DNA from: Collinsella sp.
Lineage (GTDB): Bacteria > Actinomycetota > Coriobacteriia > Coriobacteriales > Coriobacteriaceae
Length of the DNA stretch: 64,000 nucleotides
NCBI GenBank assembly: GCA_014871665.1
Contig: WGSL01000002.1
Location: forward strand, 144 to 64,143
Direction: 5' to 3'
Shown here piece by piece: positions 38,896 to 47,204 of this stretch. The stretch's first letter is position 1, and each line of letters starts with the position of its first letter. The notes below the pieces were generated by a model. It saw only the letters and a program-made list of their open reading frames with translations, ran no database searches and had not been told where the DNA came from. The translations under genes and the position numbers were made by a program.

Positions 38896-39870
38896 TTAGC
38901 CAAGGACACGGGCCATACGCGTCTTGAACTCGGACAGGAAGCGCAGAGCATCCACGGTCAGTGCCACAAGCGTGCTCTTGTCCGGATCGGACAGGCGGCG
39001 CTCATCGCAGATGGTGCGACCGCGGTACTCGCCCAGCAGATCAACACGCAGGTTGCAGCCGAGCGCACCTACGAGCGTGGGGTCGATCGCCACGGCAACG
39101 GCCAGCGGATCGTGCAGCGCACAACCACCCAGGTAGGGTGCGTTCATCTCGTACGAGCCAATGTAGTGCTCGACCATGCTCGCAAATGCGCAGCCCGCCA
39201 TGGTGCCCGAGCCCGTCCAGCCGGCAATGTCGCGGCGTGTGAGCACCACGCGATGCGTCACGTCCAGACCCACCATGGTGAGCTTACGGCCCGAGCGCAG
39301 CACCGCGTCGGCTGCCTCGGGGTCGCTCGCCATATTGGCCTCGGCGCCCGCGCTCACGTTGCCGGGCACGGTAAGAGCGCCGCCCATCACGACCACGCGG
39401 CCAATGGACATCATCGTCACCGCATCGCGCTCCAGGGCGAGCGCCAGGTTGGAGAGCGGGCCAGTCGCTACGTAGACCAGATCGGAACCATAGGTGCGCG
39501 CGGCATCGATCAGATAATCGACCGCAGCGTTGCCGTCGGCCGAGGTCGCCCCCACCGGCTCGTAGGGCGACGCGGGCACGCTCGCGCCGCCGATGCCGTT
39601 CTTGCCGTGAATGAGCGCGGTGGACGCCGGCGGCGTATAGGGCTCAGTCGCCTGCAGAGGACGGTCGGCGCCCAGGTACACCGGCACCTCGGGGCGACCC
39701 AGCAGATCGAGCACCGCCAGGCAGTTGTGCGCCGATTGCTCGACGCGCACGTTGCCAAAGCACGTGGTGATGCCCACGAGCTCCACCTCGGGGCTCGCGA
39801 TGGCATAGGCCAGCGCCATCGCATCGTCCACACCCATATCCAGATCAAGGATCAGCTTCTTGATTGCCAT
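38896..39870 (-). CDS. Nucleoside hydrolase (IunH/Rih family)
   Basis: 324 aa with the N-terminal LILDLDMGVDDAMAL (DxDxxxDD) motif. Confidence 0.9.
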   Translation of the reverse strand: MAIKKLILDLDMGVDDAMALAYAIASPEVELVGITTCFGNVRVEQSAHNCLAVLDLLGRPEVPVYLGADRPLQATEPYTPPASTALIHGKNGIGGASVPASPYEPVGATSADGNAAVDYLIDAARTYGSDLVYVATGPLSNLALALERDAVTMMSIGRVVVMGGALTVPGNVSAGAEANMASDPEAADAVLRSGRKLTMVGLDVTHRVVLTRRDIAGWTGSGTMAGCAFASMVEHYIGSYEMNAPYLGGCALHDPLAVAVAIDPTLVGALGCNLRVDLLGEYRGRTICDERRLSDPDKSTLVALTVDALRFLSEFKTRMARVLG

Positions 39871-39900
39871 TGTTCTACTCCGCTTCTCCGTCTTTATCGT

Positions 39901-40863
39901 TTAACTAAACCAATGTTCAACTTCGGCGCTCGTGGGAATCGATTGCTGAGCGCCCAGGCGCGACACCGTCACTGCCGAGGCGCGAGCACCCGCAGCCATG
40001 CACTCAAAGAGCGGCAAGCCCTCTAGGCGAGCCGCCGCCAACGCGCCGATAAACGTATCGCCGGCGGCCGTGGTATCGACTACCGTACTCGAAAGTGCCG
40101 GCATGCGCAGCAGCTCGCCGTCATCGCCGAGCGTAACCGACCCGGCGCCGCCCAACGTGATGACCGCAGCTCCGGCGCCCTTGTCGAGCAGCGCTTTGAG
40201 CGCGGCGATGCAACTCACATCATCCGTGGGCAGAATGCCCGTCAGAACCTGGCACTCGGTCTCGTTGGGACAGACCAGGTCGACCGCAGGCCAGGCCTCC
40301 GCAGGCAGCTCACAGGCAGGCGCTGGATTAAAGACCGTATAGAACCCCAGCTCGTGAGCGCAAACAAGCGCCTCGGCCGTCGCCGCAAGGTCACATTCGC
40401 CCTGGGCGATAAAGACGCTTCCGGCAGCCGGGGCAATCTCGCTGGCGTCACTATCGAGTTCATCGGCCACCAGACGCCTCAGCGCGCGGGCAACGTCCTC
40501 GCCCGCAAGCGCATGGTTGGCGCCCGGCGACAGCACGATGCGGTTGTCTCCCTCGCAGCGAATGATGGTCGCCGTTCCCGTCTCCACATCATCGCGATGC
40601 ACTACAAAGTCACAGTCCACGCCGGCGTCTTGGAGCCCCGCCACGAGCGACGCGCCGAACGCGTCGCGACCGACCGCGCCGATCATGTGCGTGCAAGCAC
40701 CCATACGCGCGGCAGCTACGGCCTGATTGGCGCCCTTGCCGCCGGCGTTGGTGATAAACCCGCTGCCGCCGACGGTCTCGCCCGCACGCGGTATGCGCTC
40801 GCACGCCACCGAAAGGTCCATGTTCATGCTGCCGAACACCGCAACGGTGCCGCGATCTGCCAT
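39901..40863 (-). CDS. rbsK: Ribokinase
   Basis: The ATG at 40863 follows GAGGAGG. PfkB motifs present are [13 protein letters not shown] and [13 protein letters not shown]. Confidence 0.88.
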   Translation of the reverse strand: MADRGTVAVFGSMNMDLSVACERIPRAGETVGGSGFITNAGGKGANQAVAAARMGACTHMIGAVGRDAFGASLVAGLQDAGVDCDFVVHRDDVETGTATIIRCEGDNRIVLSPGANHALAGEDVARALRRLVADELDSDASEIAPAAGSVFIAQGECDLAATAEALVCAHELGFYTVFNPAPACELPAEAWPAVDLVCPNETECQVLTGILPTDDVSCIAALKALLDKGAGAAVITLGGAGSVTLGDDGELLRMPALSSTVVDTTAAGDTFIGALAAARLEGLPLFECMAAGARASAVTVSRLGAQQSIPTSAEVEHWFS

Positions 40864-41050
40864 GGAAACCTCCTCATCTGCGGGCCTTATGCCCACCGCC
40901 AGCCGTCGATCGTGCACTCTCGCACCCCCTATAACTTTAGTTCACTTTGATGTGGACGGGCGCTTGAGCTTGCGCCAGCAGCAAGCATTCACAGGAGCAG
41001 GCAGCTACAATGAAGGCGTGCTGATTATTCTCGTCATTGGATGATGTTTT

Positions 41051-43243
41051 ATGGAACAACTCTCGCAATCGGGCTCGCGCGGTCGACGCCGCACGGGCAA
41101 CGAGCCGGCGCCGCACGAACGCGTGAAGGGCGAACGCCGTGCCAACGAACCGCGACGCACCGTGAGCCCCCATCGTGCTTCTGCCAACAACGCGGGCCGC
41201 GCCAACACTCCCGCCGCGGAGCAGACGCCTGCTCGCCCCAAATCCCGCTACATCCCTGCCCTTGACGGCCTGCGTACGCTCGCCGTCGTCGCGGTGGTGC
41301 TCTATCACCTTAACCTCACGTGGGCGCAGGGCGGCCTGCTTGGCGTCACGATCTTCTTTGTGCTTTCGGGCTATCTGATCACGCGCTTGCTGCTCAACGA
41401 AGTCGCTAAGACCGGACGCATCGACCTTAAGAGCTTCTGGATTCGCCGCATCCGTCGCCTGGTCCCCGCCGTGGTGACCGTCGTGGTGGTAACCTGCGCG
41501 CTGTGCACTCTCTTTAACCACGTGATGCTCACCAAGATGCGCCCCGACATCCTGCCGTCGCTGCTGTTCTTCAACAACTGGTGGCAGATTGCCCAAAACG
41601 TCTCGTACTTCAATGCTCTGGGCGACCCCTCGCCACTCACGCACTTTTGGTCGCTTGCCATCGAGGAACAGTTCTACCTGATTTGGCCGCCACTGCTGTT
41701 TGCCATGGTATCCATGCATGTGAGCAAGCCCAACACGCGCCGCGTGGTTCTGGGCCTAGCTGCTGTCTCCGCCATCGCCATGATGGTGCGCTATAACCCT
41801 GCCGCCGACCCCAGCCGCGTGTACTACGGCACCGACACCCGTGTGTTCTCGCTGCTGCTGGGTGCCTGGATGGCCTTTATCCCCGATTGCGACCTGGCGC
41901 CGGTGCGTCTCGCTCGTCGTTTGGGGCTCAATCGCCTGGCTGGCGCCGCCAAGCACGGCAAGAACGCCGACGAAGCAGCCGAGACCGCCCCGGCACAGCC
42001 GAGCGCCCTCGTGCGTTTTTGGTCCTCGCCCGCATCCATCGATGTGTTGGGCGTCGTGGGTCTGGTTGGCCTTGCCGCCATGGTCGCGCTCACCAACGGC
42101 TACACCGCCTTCCAGTATCGCGGAGGCACACTGCTGTGCTCGATCCTCACGCTCATGGTCATCGCGGCCTGCGTGCAGCCCCAGGGAATGGTTGCCCGCG
42201 CGCTGTCCGCCGAGCCGCTCGTGTGGGTTGGCAAGCGCTCGTACAGCATCTACCTGTGGCACTATCCGCTGCTGTTGCTCATGAACCCGGTCGCCAACAT
42301 CAACGATACGCCGTGGTGGCAGTACATTTTGCAGGTGTTGTTGGTGGTCGCCGTGGCAGAGTGCTGCTATCGCTTTATCGAGACTCCGTTTAGGAAGGGC
42401 GCCTTTGAGCGCACCGTGTCCGAGTTCCGCGACGGCACCACCACGCCCGCTAACTGGGTACGCGCGCACGTCCCTGTCTGCGCAGCCTGCGCTGTCGTGT
42501 TGGTCGTTGCACTGGGCGGCCTGATCTTTGTGCCCGAGACGTCTGCGCTGAGCGGCGAGGGCGCCGAAGTTCTGAACAAGGAAGCCAAGAACACCGCGCC
42601 CACCGACCAGCAGGCGGCCGACGACACCGACAAGGACAACGACGGCTTCCCCGATGGCTCCTACGATCTGCTTATGATCGGCGACTCCGTGTCGCTGCGT
42701 GCCGTAGACACCTTTGACGGCGTGTTCCCGCACAGCCATATCGATGCCGAAAAGGGCCGCCAGTTTGATGCGGGGCGCGCGACATTTGAAGGCTATATCC
42801 AGCAGAACCTTGCCGGCAAGATCGTGGTCTTTGCCCTGGGCACCAACGGCTTGGTAACCGACGACCAGATCGACGCCATCATGGCCGATGCGGGAGATAA
42901 GCGTATGGTGGTGTTTGTGAACACGCGCAGCCCGCAGCCGTGGGTTGGCTCTACCAACCAGGCCATCGCCAACGCCGCTACGCGCTACAAGAACGTGCGC
43001 GTTATCGACTGGTACGGATACAGTGCCAACCGCAACGACCTGTTCGATGGCGATGGCACGCACCTATCGACCACTGGCGTGACTGAGTACCTCAACTTGA
43101 TCCACGATGCCGTCAAGAAGGACCTGCCCGTACACCCCGAGGATCACGTCAACGATCCGCAGCCGGCAGCCGTCAAGTCTGCCACCGACGCACTCGTCAA
43201 TGCGCTCGCTCTCAAGCCGCACAAGCTGGGCACCGACAAGTAA
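41051..43243 (+). CDS. Acyltransferase-3 / SGNH two-domain O-acetyltransferase (OatA-like)
   Basis: 730 aa with a basic N-terminus, an AT3 membrane domain (LDGLRTLAVVAVVLYHL ... FFVLSGYLIT) and a C-terminal SGNH domain (LLMIGDSVS). Confidence 0.85.
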   Translation: MEQLSQSGSRGRRRTGNEPAPHERVKGERRANEPRRTVSPHRASANNAGRANTPAAEQTPARPKSRYIPALDGLRTLAVVAVVLYHLNLTWAQGGLLGVTIFFVLSGYLITRLLLNEVAKTGRIDLKSFWIRRIRRLVPAVVTVVVVTCALCTLFNHVMLTKMRPDILPSLLFFNNWWQIAQNVSYFNALGDPSPLTHFWSLAIEEQFYLIWPPLLFAMVSMHVSKPNTRRVVLGLAAVSAIAMMVRYNPAADPSRVYYGTDTRVFSLLLGAWMAFIPDCDLAPVRLARRLGLNRLAGAAKHGKNADEAAETAPAQPSALVRFWSSPASIDVLGVVGLVGLAAMVALTNGYTAFQYRGGTLLCSILTLMVIAACVQPQGMVARALSAEPLVWVGKRSYSIYLWHYPLLLLMNPVANINDTPWWQYILQVLLVVAVAECCYRFIETPFRKGAFERTVSEFRDGTTTPANWVRAHVPVCAACAVVLVVALGGLIFVPETSALSGEGAEVLNKEAKNTAPTDQQAADDTDKDNDGFPDGSYDLLMIGDSVSLRAVDTFDGVFPHSHIDAEKGRQFDAGRATFEGYIQQNLAGKIVVFALGTNGLVTDDQIDAIMADAGDKRMVVFVNTRSPQPWVGSTNQAIANAATRYKNVRVIDWYGYSANRNDLFDGDGTHLSTTGVTEYLNLIHDAVKKDLPVHPEDHVNDPQPAAVKSATDALVNALALKPHKLGTDK

Positions 43244-43268
43244 CCTGCAGCGCAAACTTCCCACATCC

Positions 43269-43302
43269 GGAGGGGGTGTCTGCCACGGCAGACACCCCCT
43301 CC
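43269..43302 (+). terminator. Hairpin after the OatA-like gene
   Basis: GGAGGGGGTGTCTGCC-ac-GGCAGACACCCCCTCC forms a 16-bp stem with no T-run. It is followed by a ccggcagttagggac repeat word. Confidence 0.45.
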
Positions 43303-43450
43303 GGCAGTTAGGGACACTCCTGGCGCAGCCAATGAAGACCTCTACGGATGAATTCCAGGCCGCTCCGTCGCTCCAGACATCGTTTCCGCGCCTCGTGCCT
43401 GCCCCAAACAATCAAAACAAGCCCTTTTCGCCGCACCCTCAAAGGTCTGT

Positions 43451-43676
43451 GGGCAAAAAAGGGCAAATATGAGTACTGTTACCATTTTAGTAGCAGGCAA
43501 AACCACCCAAAATGACGTCCGAGCGACCCCTACAACCCCCTAAAGCAGCCAACCTGACTGGTTTAAGGCGTATTGGAGCCAATTTTAATGAACATACTAA
43601 AGGCTATGTTCATTATCTTTTAGGATGTAAATGCTATTCACTTAGCAACAGTACTCATATTTGGCATTTTTTGTCC
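43451..43676. mobile_element. MITE-like AT-rich element with 30-nt terminal inverted repeats
   Basis: The left end gggcaaaaaagggcaaatatgagtactgtt and the right end aacagtactcatatttggcattttttgtcc match at 27/30 as a reverse complement. The interior is markedly AT-rich with no ORF. Confidence 0.45.
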
Positions 43677-43704
43677 ATTGCTATATAACTAACACCCTAT
43701 AGCA

Positions 43705-43743
43705 GACAAAAAACAGGCCGCAGCCCATCGCTGCGGCCTGTTT
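43705..43743 (-). terminator. Rho-independent terminator of the NRMT operon
   Basis: On the minus strand AAACAGGCCGCAGC-gatgg-GCTGCGGCCTGTTT is followed by TTTTTGT. Confidence 0.75.
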
Positions 43744-43760
43744 GGAATCCAAAAGAGGCG

Positions 43761-45023
43761 CTAAGCGCTGTAACCCATCGCCCGCAGAACAAACATGACA
43801 ACCGTGAGCACCGTAATCACACCGATAGTCGCCCAAGTGAGCACATTCCACACGCGGCCGTTGCGGTTGGCACCCATGATGTGACGGTCGGCGGCGATAA
43901 CCACCTGGAACACCAGAACCACGGGCAGTAGCACGCCATTGATGACCTGCGAGGTCATCATAATCTGGAACAGATCGACGCCGGGCATAAGCACCAGCAC
44001 GGCAGAGATGCCAATGATGGCCGTAATGATGCCGCGATAGACCGGGGCCTCGTCCCAGCTGCGGTCGGCACCGCGCTCCCAGCCAAATGCCTCGCAGATA
44101 GCGCTCGACGTGACGCCCGGCAGCACGCAGGCGGCCAAGAAGCTCGCCGCGACCAGGCCCGAGGCAAACAGCACCGTGGACCACTGACCCGCAATAGGCT
44201 CCAACGCGCGGGCAGCATCGGCGGCATCGCTAATCTGAATACCCGCCGGGAACAACACCGTACCGGTCGTGATGATAATAAAGCCGGCAATGATATCGGC
44301 GGCAAGCGAGCCGCTCACAGTATCGATGCGCTGCAGCACGATATCGTCCTCGCCCGCGTTCTTATCGACCACGTTGTTCTGCGCCAAGAAAATCATCCAC
44401 GGCGCGATGGTGGTACCGATCGTTGCGACCACGAGCGACACGTAGCTGGGGTCATTTTGAATGTTAGGCACGACCAGGTCGACCGCGACCTCACCCCAGT
44501 TGGGGCCAGCCATGAACGCGGCGACAATATAGGTCACGAACACGCAGCTCACCAGCAGCAGAATCTTCTCGATGCGCTGGAAACTACCCGACATGGTAAG
44601 CATCCACACCAGCAGCGCCACCAACGGCACCGAGATGCTCGCCGGCACGCCAAAGAGGGCAAGGCCGCTGGCAATACCCGCAAACTCCGAAATGGTCACG
44701 GCTGTGTTGGCGATCAACAGCGCCGCCATAGCAAGTACACTCTTGCGCACGCCAAAGCGCTCGCGAATGAGCGATGCCAGGCCCTTGCCCGTGACGCAGC
44801 CGCAGCGTGCCGCGGTCTCCTGCGTCACGATGAGCAGCACAGTCATGACGGGAAGCATCCAGAGCATCTTGTAGCCATAGCTGGCGCCCGCGCTGGAATA
44901 CGTTGCAATGCCGCCGGCGTCATTGCCCGAAAGCGCCGCCAGCAGACCGGGACCCATAGCGCCAAAGATGGCCGCGATGGTCAACTTTTGCTTGGTGCCC
45001 GACTTTTGCTTGGTATTTTGCAC
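43761..45023 (-). CDS. NRAMP-related transporter with NRMT (Mg2+) type site signature
   Basis: It has an SLC11 fold. TM1 reads SGNDAGGIATYSSAGASYGYKMLW (DAGG in place of DPGN) and TM6 reads GTTIAPWMIFLAQ (no Met-Pro-His). The start is placed at GTG 45023, 8 nt after the upstream stop. Confidence 0.8.
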   Translation of the reverse strand: MQNTKQKSGTKQKLTIAAIFGAMGPGLLAALSGNDAGGIATYSSAGASYGYKMLWMLPVMTVLLIVTQETAARCGCVTGKGLASLIRERFGVRKSVLAMAALLIANTAVTISEFAGIASGLALFGVPASISVPLVALLVWMLTMSGSFQRIEKILLLVSCVFVTYIVAAFMAGPNWGEVAVDLVVPNIQNDPSYVSLVVATIGTTIAPWMIFLAQNNVVDKNAGEDDIVLQRIDTVSGSLAADIIAGFIIITTGTVLFPAGIQISDAADAARALEPIAGQWSTVLFASGLVAASFLAACVLPGVTSSAICEAFGWERGADRSWDEAPVYRGIITAIIGISAVLVLMPGVDLFQIMMTSQVINGVLLPVVLVFQVVIAADRHIMGANRNGRVWNVLTWATIGVITVLTVVMFVLRAMGYSA

Positions 45024-45031
45024 GCGACCAC

Positions 45032-46876
45032 CTAACCCATGACCGACATGGTGAGCAGCACCGCAGCGGCGCAGTACGCTACGCACGAGATCATGACGGC
45101 AATAACGTTCATGGCGGTGCCCGACGTGTTAAGGTCATGCTCGTCACGCCAGAACAGCACCATCAGGTAAATCACGGCGCTCATGTTGCCAACCAGGCAA
45201 ATGATGGCAGCGATATTAAAGCAGCCGGTAAAGAGCTGCTCCTCAAACATGGGCGCATCGGGGAACGCGGCGGTGCGCACCAGCTGGGCGCACAGGTAGG
45301 TCACGAGTGACAGAATCAGGCCCATGCCCGTGCTCTGGAAGAAGAACCCCAGATACGGCTTGGGCTCGTCGTCGTGACCGTCATACTCCAGGAAGTAGTT
45401 CTTGACGAACGACACCATGCGCGAGGCCGCCAGCAGCACGAGTGGCATGGCGCACATGGGGAACACCACCAGATGCGCGGAGCCGAGCGCCGTCCCCAGC
45501 ACCGTTGCCATGATGCACGAGGCAATGCCCCACACGACAACCCAGTACTGGCGATGCACAAACCAGCTGAGCACGTTCGTCGAGTCGTCCGACGCGCTAT
45601 CGCCCGAGCCGACACCGGCGATCTGCAGGTCCTCCTGATGCTCCTCGGCGATAACGTCCATGGCGTCGTCGAAGGTCACGATACCCAGGATATGACGGTT
45701 CTCGTCGCAGACAGGGATGGCAACCAGGTCGTACTTGGTCATCTCGTCCGTCACGTCTTCCTGGTCCTCGTCGGGCGACACATAGACCAGGTCGCGATAG
45801 GCCAGCTGACCCAGCGTGGCGTCGCGGTCGGCTACGATCAGCGTGCGCAGCGAAAGCACGCCGGTCAGCATGCCGCTCGGATCCTCGGTATAGACGTAGT
45901 AGACGCTCTCGAAGTCCTCGTCGAGCTCGCGAATCGCCTCAATGGCGTCACCGACCGTTGCCGTGGCGGGCAAGGAGACAAACTCTGAGGTCATGATGCG
46001 GCCGGCGGTGTTGTCCTCATACCCCAGTAGGTTACGAATCGCCTTCTCCTCCTTGACGCCCATCAGGCGCAGGAGCTTCTCGGCCTTCTCGTAATCGAGC
46101 TCGTCGATCAGGTCGGCTGCATCGTCCGGGTCCATCATGGCCAGCATTGACGATGCGTCCGTGTCGGACAGGCCCTCGAGCATCTCGGTCATAAGCTCGT
46201 CGTCATCGAACTCCGAGATGGCCTCGGCGGCCTGGGCAGTATCGAGCTGCGCAAACACCTGCGCACGTAGGCGCGGGTCGAGCTGCTCGATAATGTCGGC
46301 GATGTCGGCAGGGTGCAGCTCGCCGAGCGTCTTGTGCGACACCGAGAGTTGAATGTTCTTGGTCGAGCGGTCGAGCAGGTCCATGTAGGACCAAGCGATG
46401 ATGTCCTCACTGAGCGGCTTGCCCAGGTGCTTCATAAAGCCTTCGACGATATGCTCGAGCGCGGGGCTGATGGCGCGTAGCAGACCGCGAGCACCAACCT
46501 CGGCGCCCAGCAGGCGCAGCTGGTTTTCGCCCGACATGGAAAACTTGATGTCGTTTACGCGCACGACCTTCATGCCCTGCGTGTCGACAATCTGCTTGTT
46601 GAGCACGTCACGGGCAAGCAAGAGTTCGGTCGGCTGCAGGTACGAAAAGCGAATTTCGGTAGCCGACGTCTTAAGGTGTACGCCCGTCTCGTCGATACGG
46701 TCGACCCATTTGCGCCAGCTGATCATAAACGGCGTCTTGCCGGGTCCGCGGAACGCGAGCGACGTCACGTGCGGAAAAACTTCGCCGGTAGCAATACCAA
46801 AATCGTTGACCACGCCGAGCTTTTCGCCATCGACGTCCAAGACCGGCAATTTGAGCATCTCACTCAGATAATTCAA
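45032..46876 (-). CDS. PRC-barrel + MgtE_N + CBS-pair protein with a non-MgtE membrane domain
   Basis: 614 aa. The N-terminal PRC barrel (PVLDVDGEKLGVVNDF) is followed by an MgtE_N-like acidic helical region (LHPADIADIIEQLD...), two CBS domains and about 5 TM helices lacking the MgtE GNxGxQ / D motifs. The start is TTG 46876 (GGGGAG upstream) or ATG 46858. Confidence 0.8.
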   Translation of the reverse strand: MNYLSEMLKLPVLDVDGEKLGVVNDFGIATGEVFPHVTSLAFRGPGKTPFMISWRKWVDRIDETGVHLKTSATEIRFSYLQPTELLLARDVLNKQIVDTQGMKVVRVNDIKFSMSGENQLRLLGAEVGARGLLRAISPALEHIVEGFMKHLGKPLSEDIIAWSYMDLLDRSTKNIQLSVSHKTLGELHPADIADIIEQLDPRLRAQVFAQLDTAQAAEAISEFDDDELMTEMLEGLSDTDASSMLAMMDPDDAADLIDELDYEKAEKLLRLMGVKEEKAIRNLLGYEDNTAGRIMTSEFVSLPATATVGDAIEAIRELDEDFESVYYVYTEDPSGMLTGVLSLRTLIVADRDATLGQLAYRDLVYVSPDEDQEDVTDEMTKYDLVAIPVCDENRHILGIVTFDDAMDVIAEEHQEDLQIAGVGSGDSASDDSTNVLSWFVHRQYWVVVWGIASCIMATVLGTALGSAHLVVFPMCAMPLVLLAASRMVSFVKNYFLEYDGHDDEPKPYLGFFFQSTGMGLILSLVTYLCAQLVRTAAFPDAPMFEEQLFTGCFNIAAIICLVGNMSAVIYLMVLFWRDEHDLNTSGTAMNVIAVMISCVAYCAAAVLLTMSVMG

Positions 46877-47165
46877 TGGTGCTCCCCATCATTATTCCTC
46901 CGGACGCGGCCGCGCGTGCGGCGTCCGGGGGCTTCTGGATATGTATACGCATGCGCGGGCGGCACGCCGCTCGACGCTTACACCCCGTGCATGCGCAAAA
47001 AGCACCTGCATGGGGTCATCGACTGTATGGTCGAGGTTTGGATTTCACCTGTAACCTTTCTCTTGACCCTCATTAACCGCAGTAACTATAGCATCAGCAT
47101 CGCCCTGCGGCATCGAATTTATGCGCTGCACATTGCAGGCATACCAAACGCTGACGCATCCGTGA
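46877..47165 (-). promoter_or_regulatory. Long 5' leader with M-box-like sequence blocks (candidate Mg2+ riboswitch)
   Basis: The minus strand has UAAUGAGGGUCAAGAGAAA, ACAGGUGAAAU and CCAUACAGU in the same order as the B. subtilis M-box blocks UAAUGGGUCAACAGAAA, AAGGUGAUUU and CCAUACAGUGC. The 5' M-box blocks are poorly matched. Confidence 0.3.
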
Positions 47166-47167
47166 CA

Positions 47168-47196
47168 TAGTCATTGGGGACGTTCTTAAATGACTA
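47168..47196 (-). repeat. B-type 29-nt palindromic unit, copy B4
   Basis: The minus strand reads TAGTCATTTAAGAACGTCCCCAATGACTA, 8 nt after the stop of the NodB-like gene. Confidence 0.85.
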
Positions 47197-47204
47197 CCCA
47201 ATAA

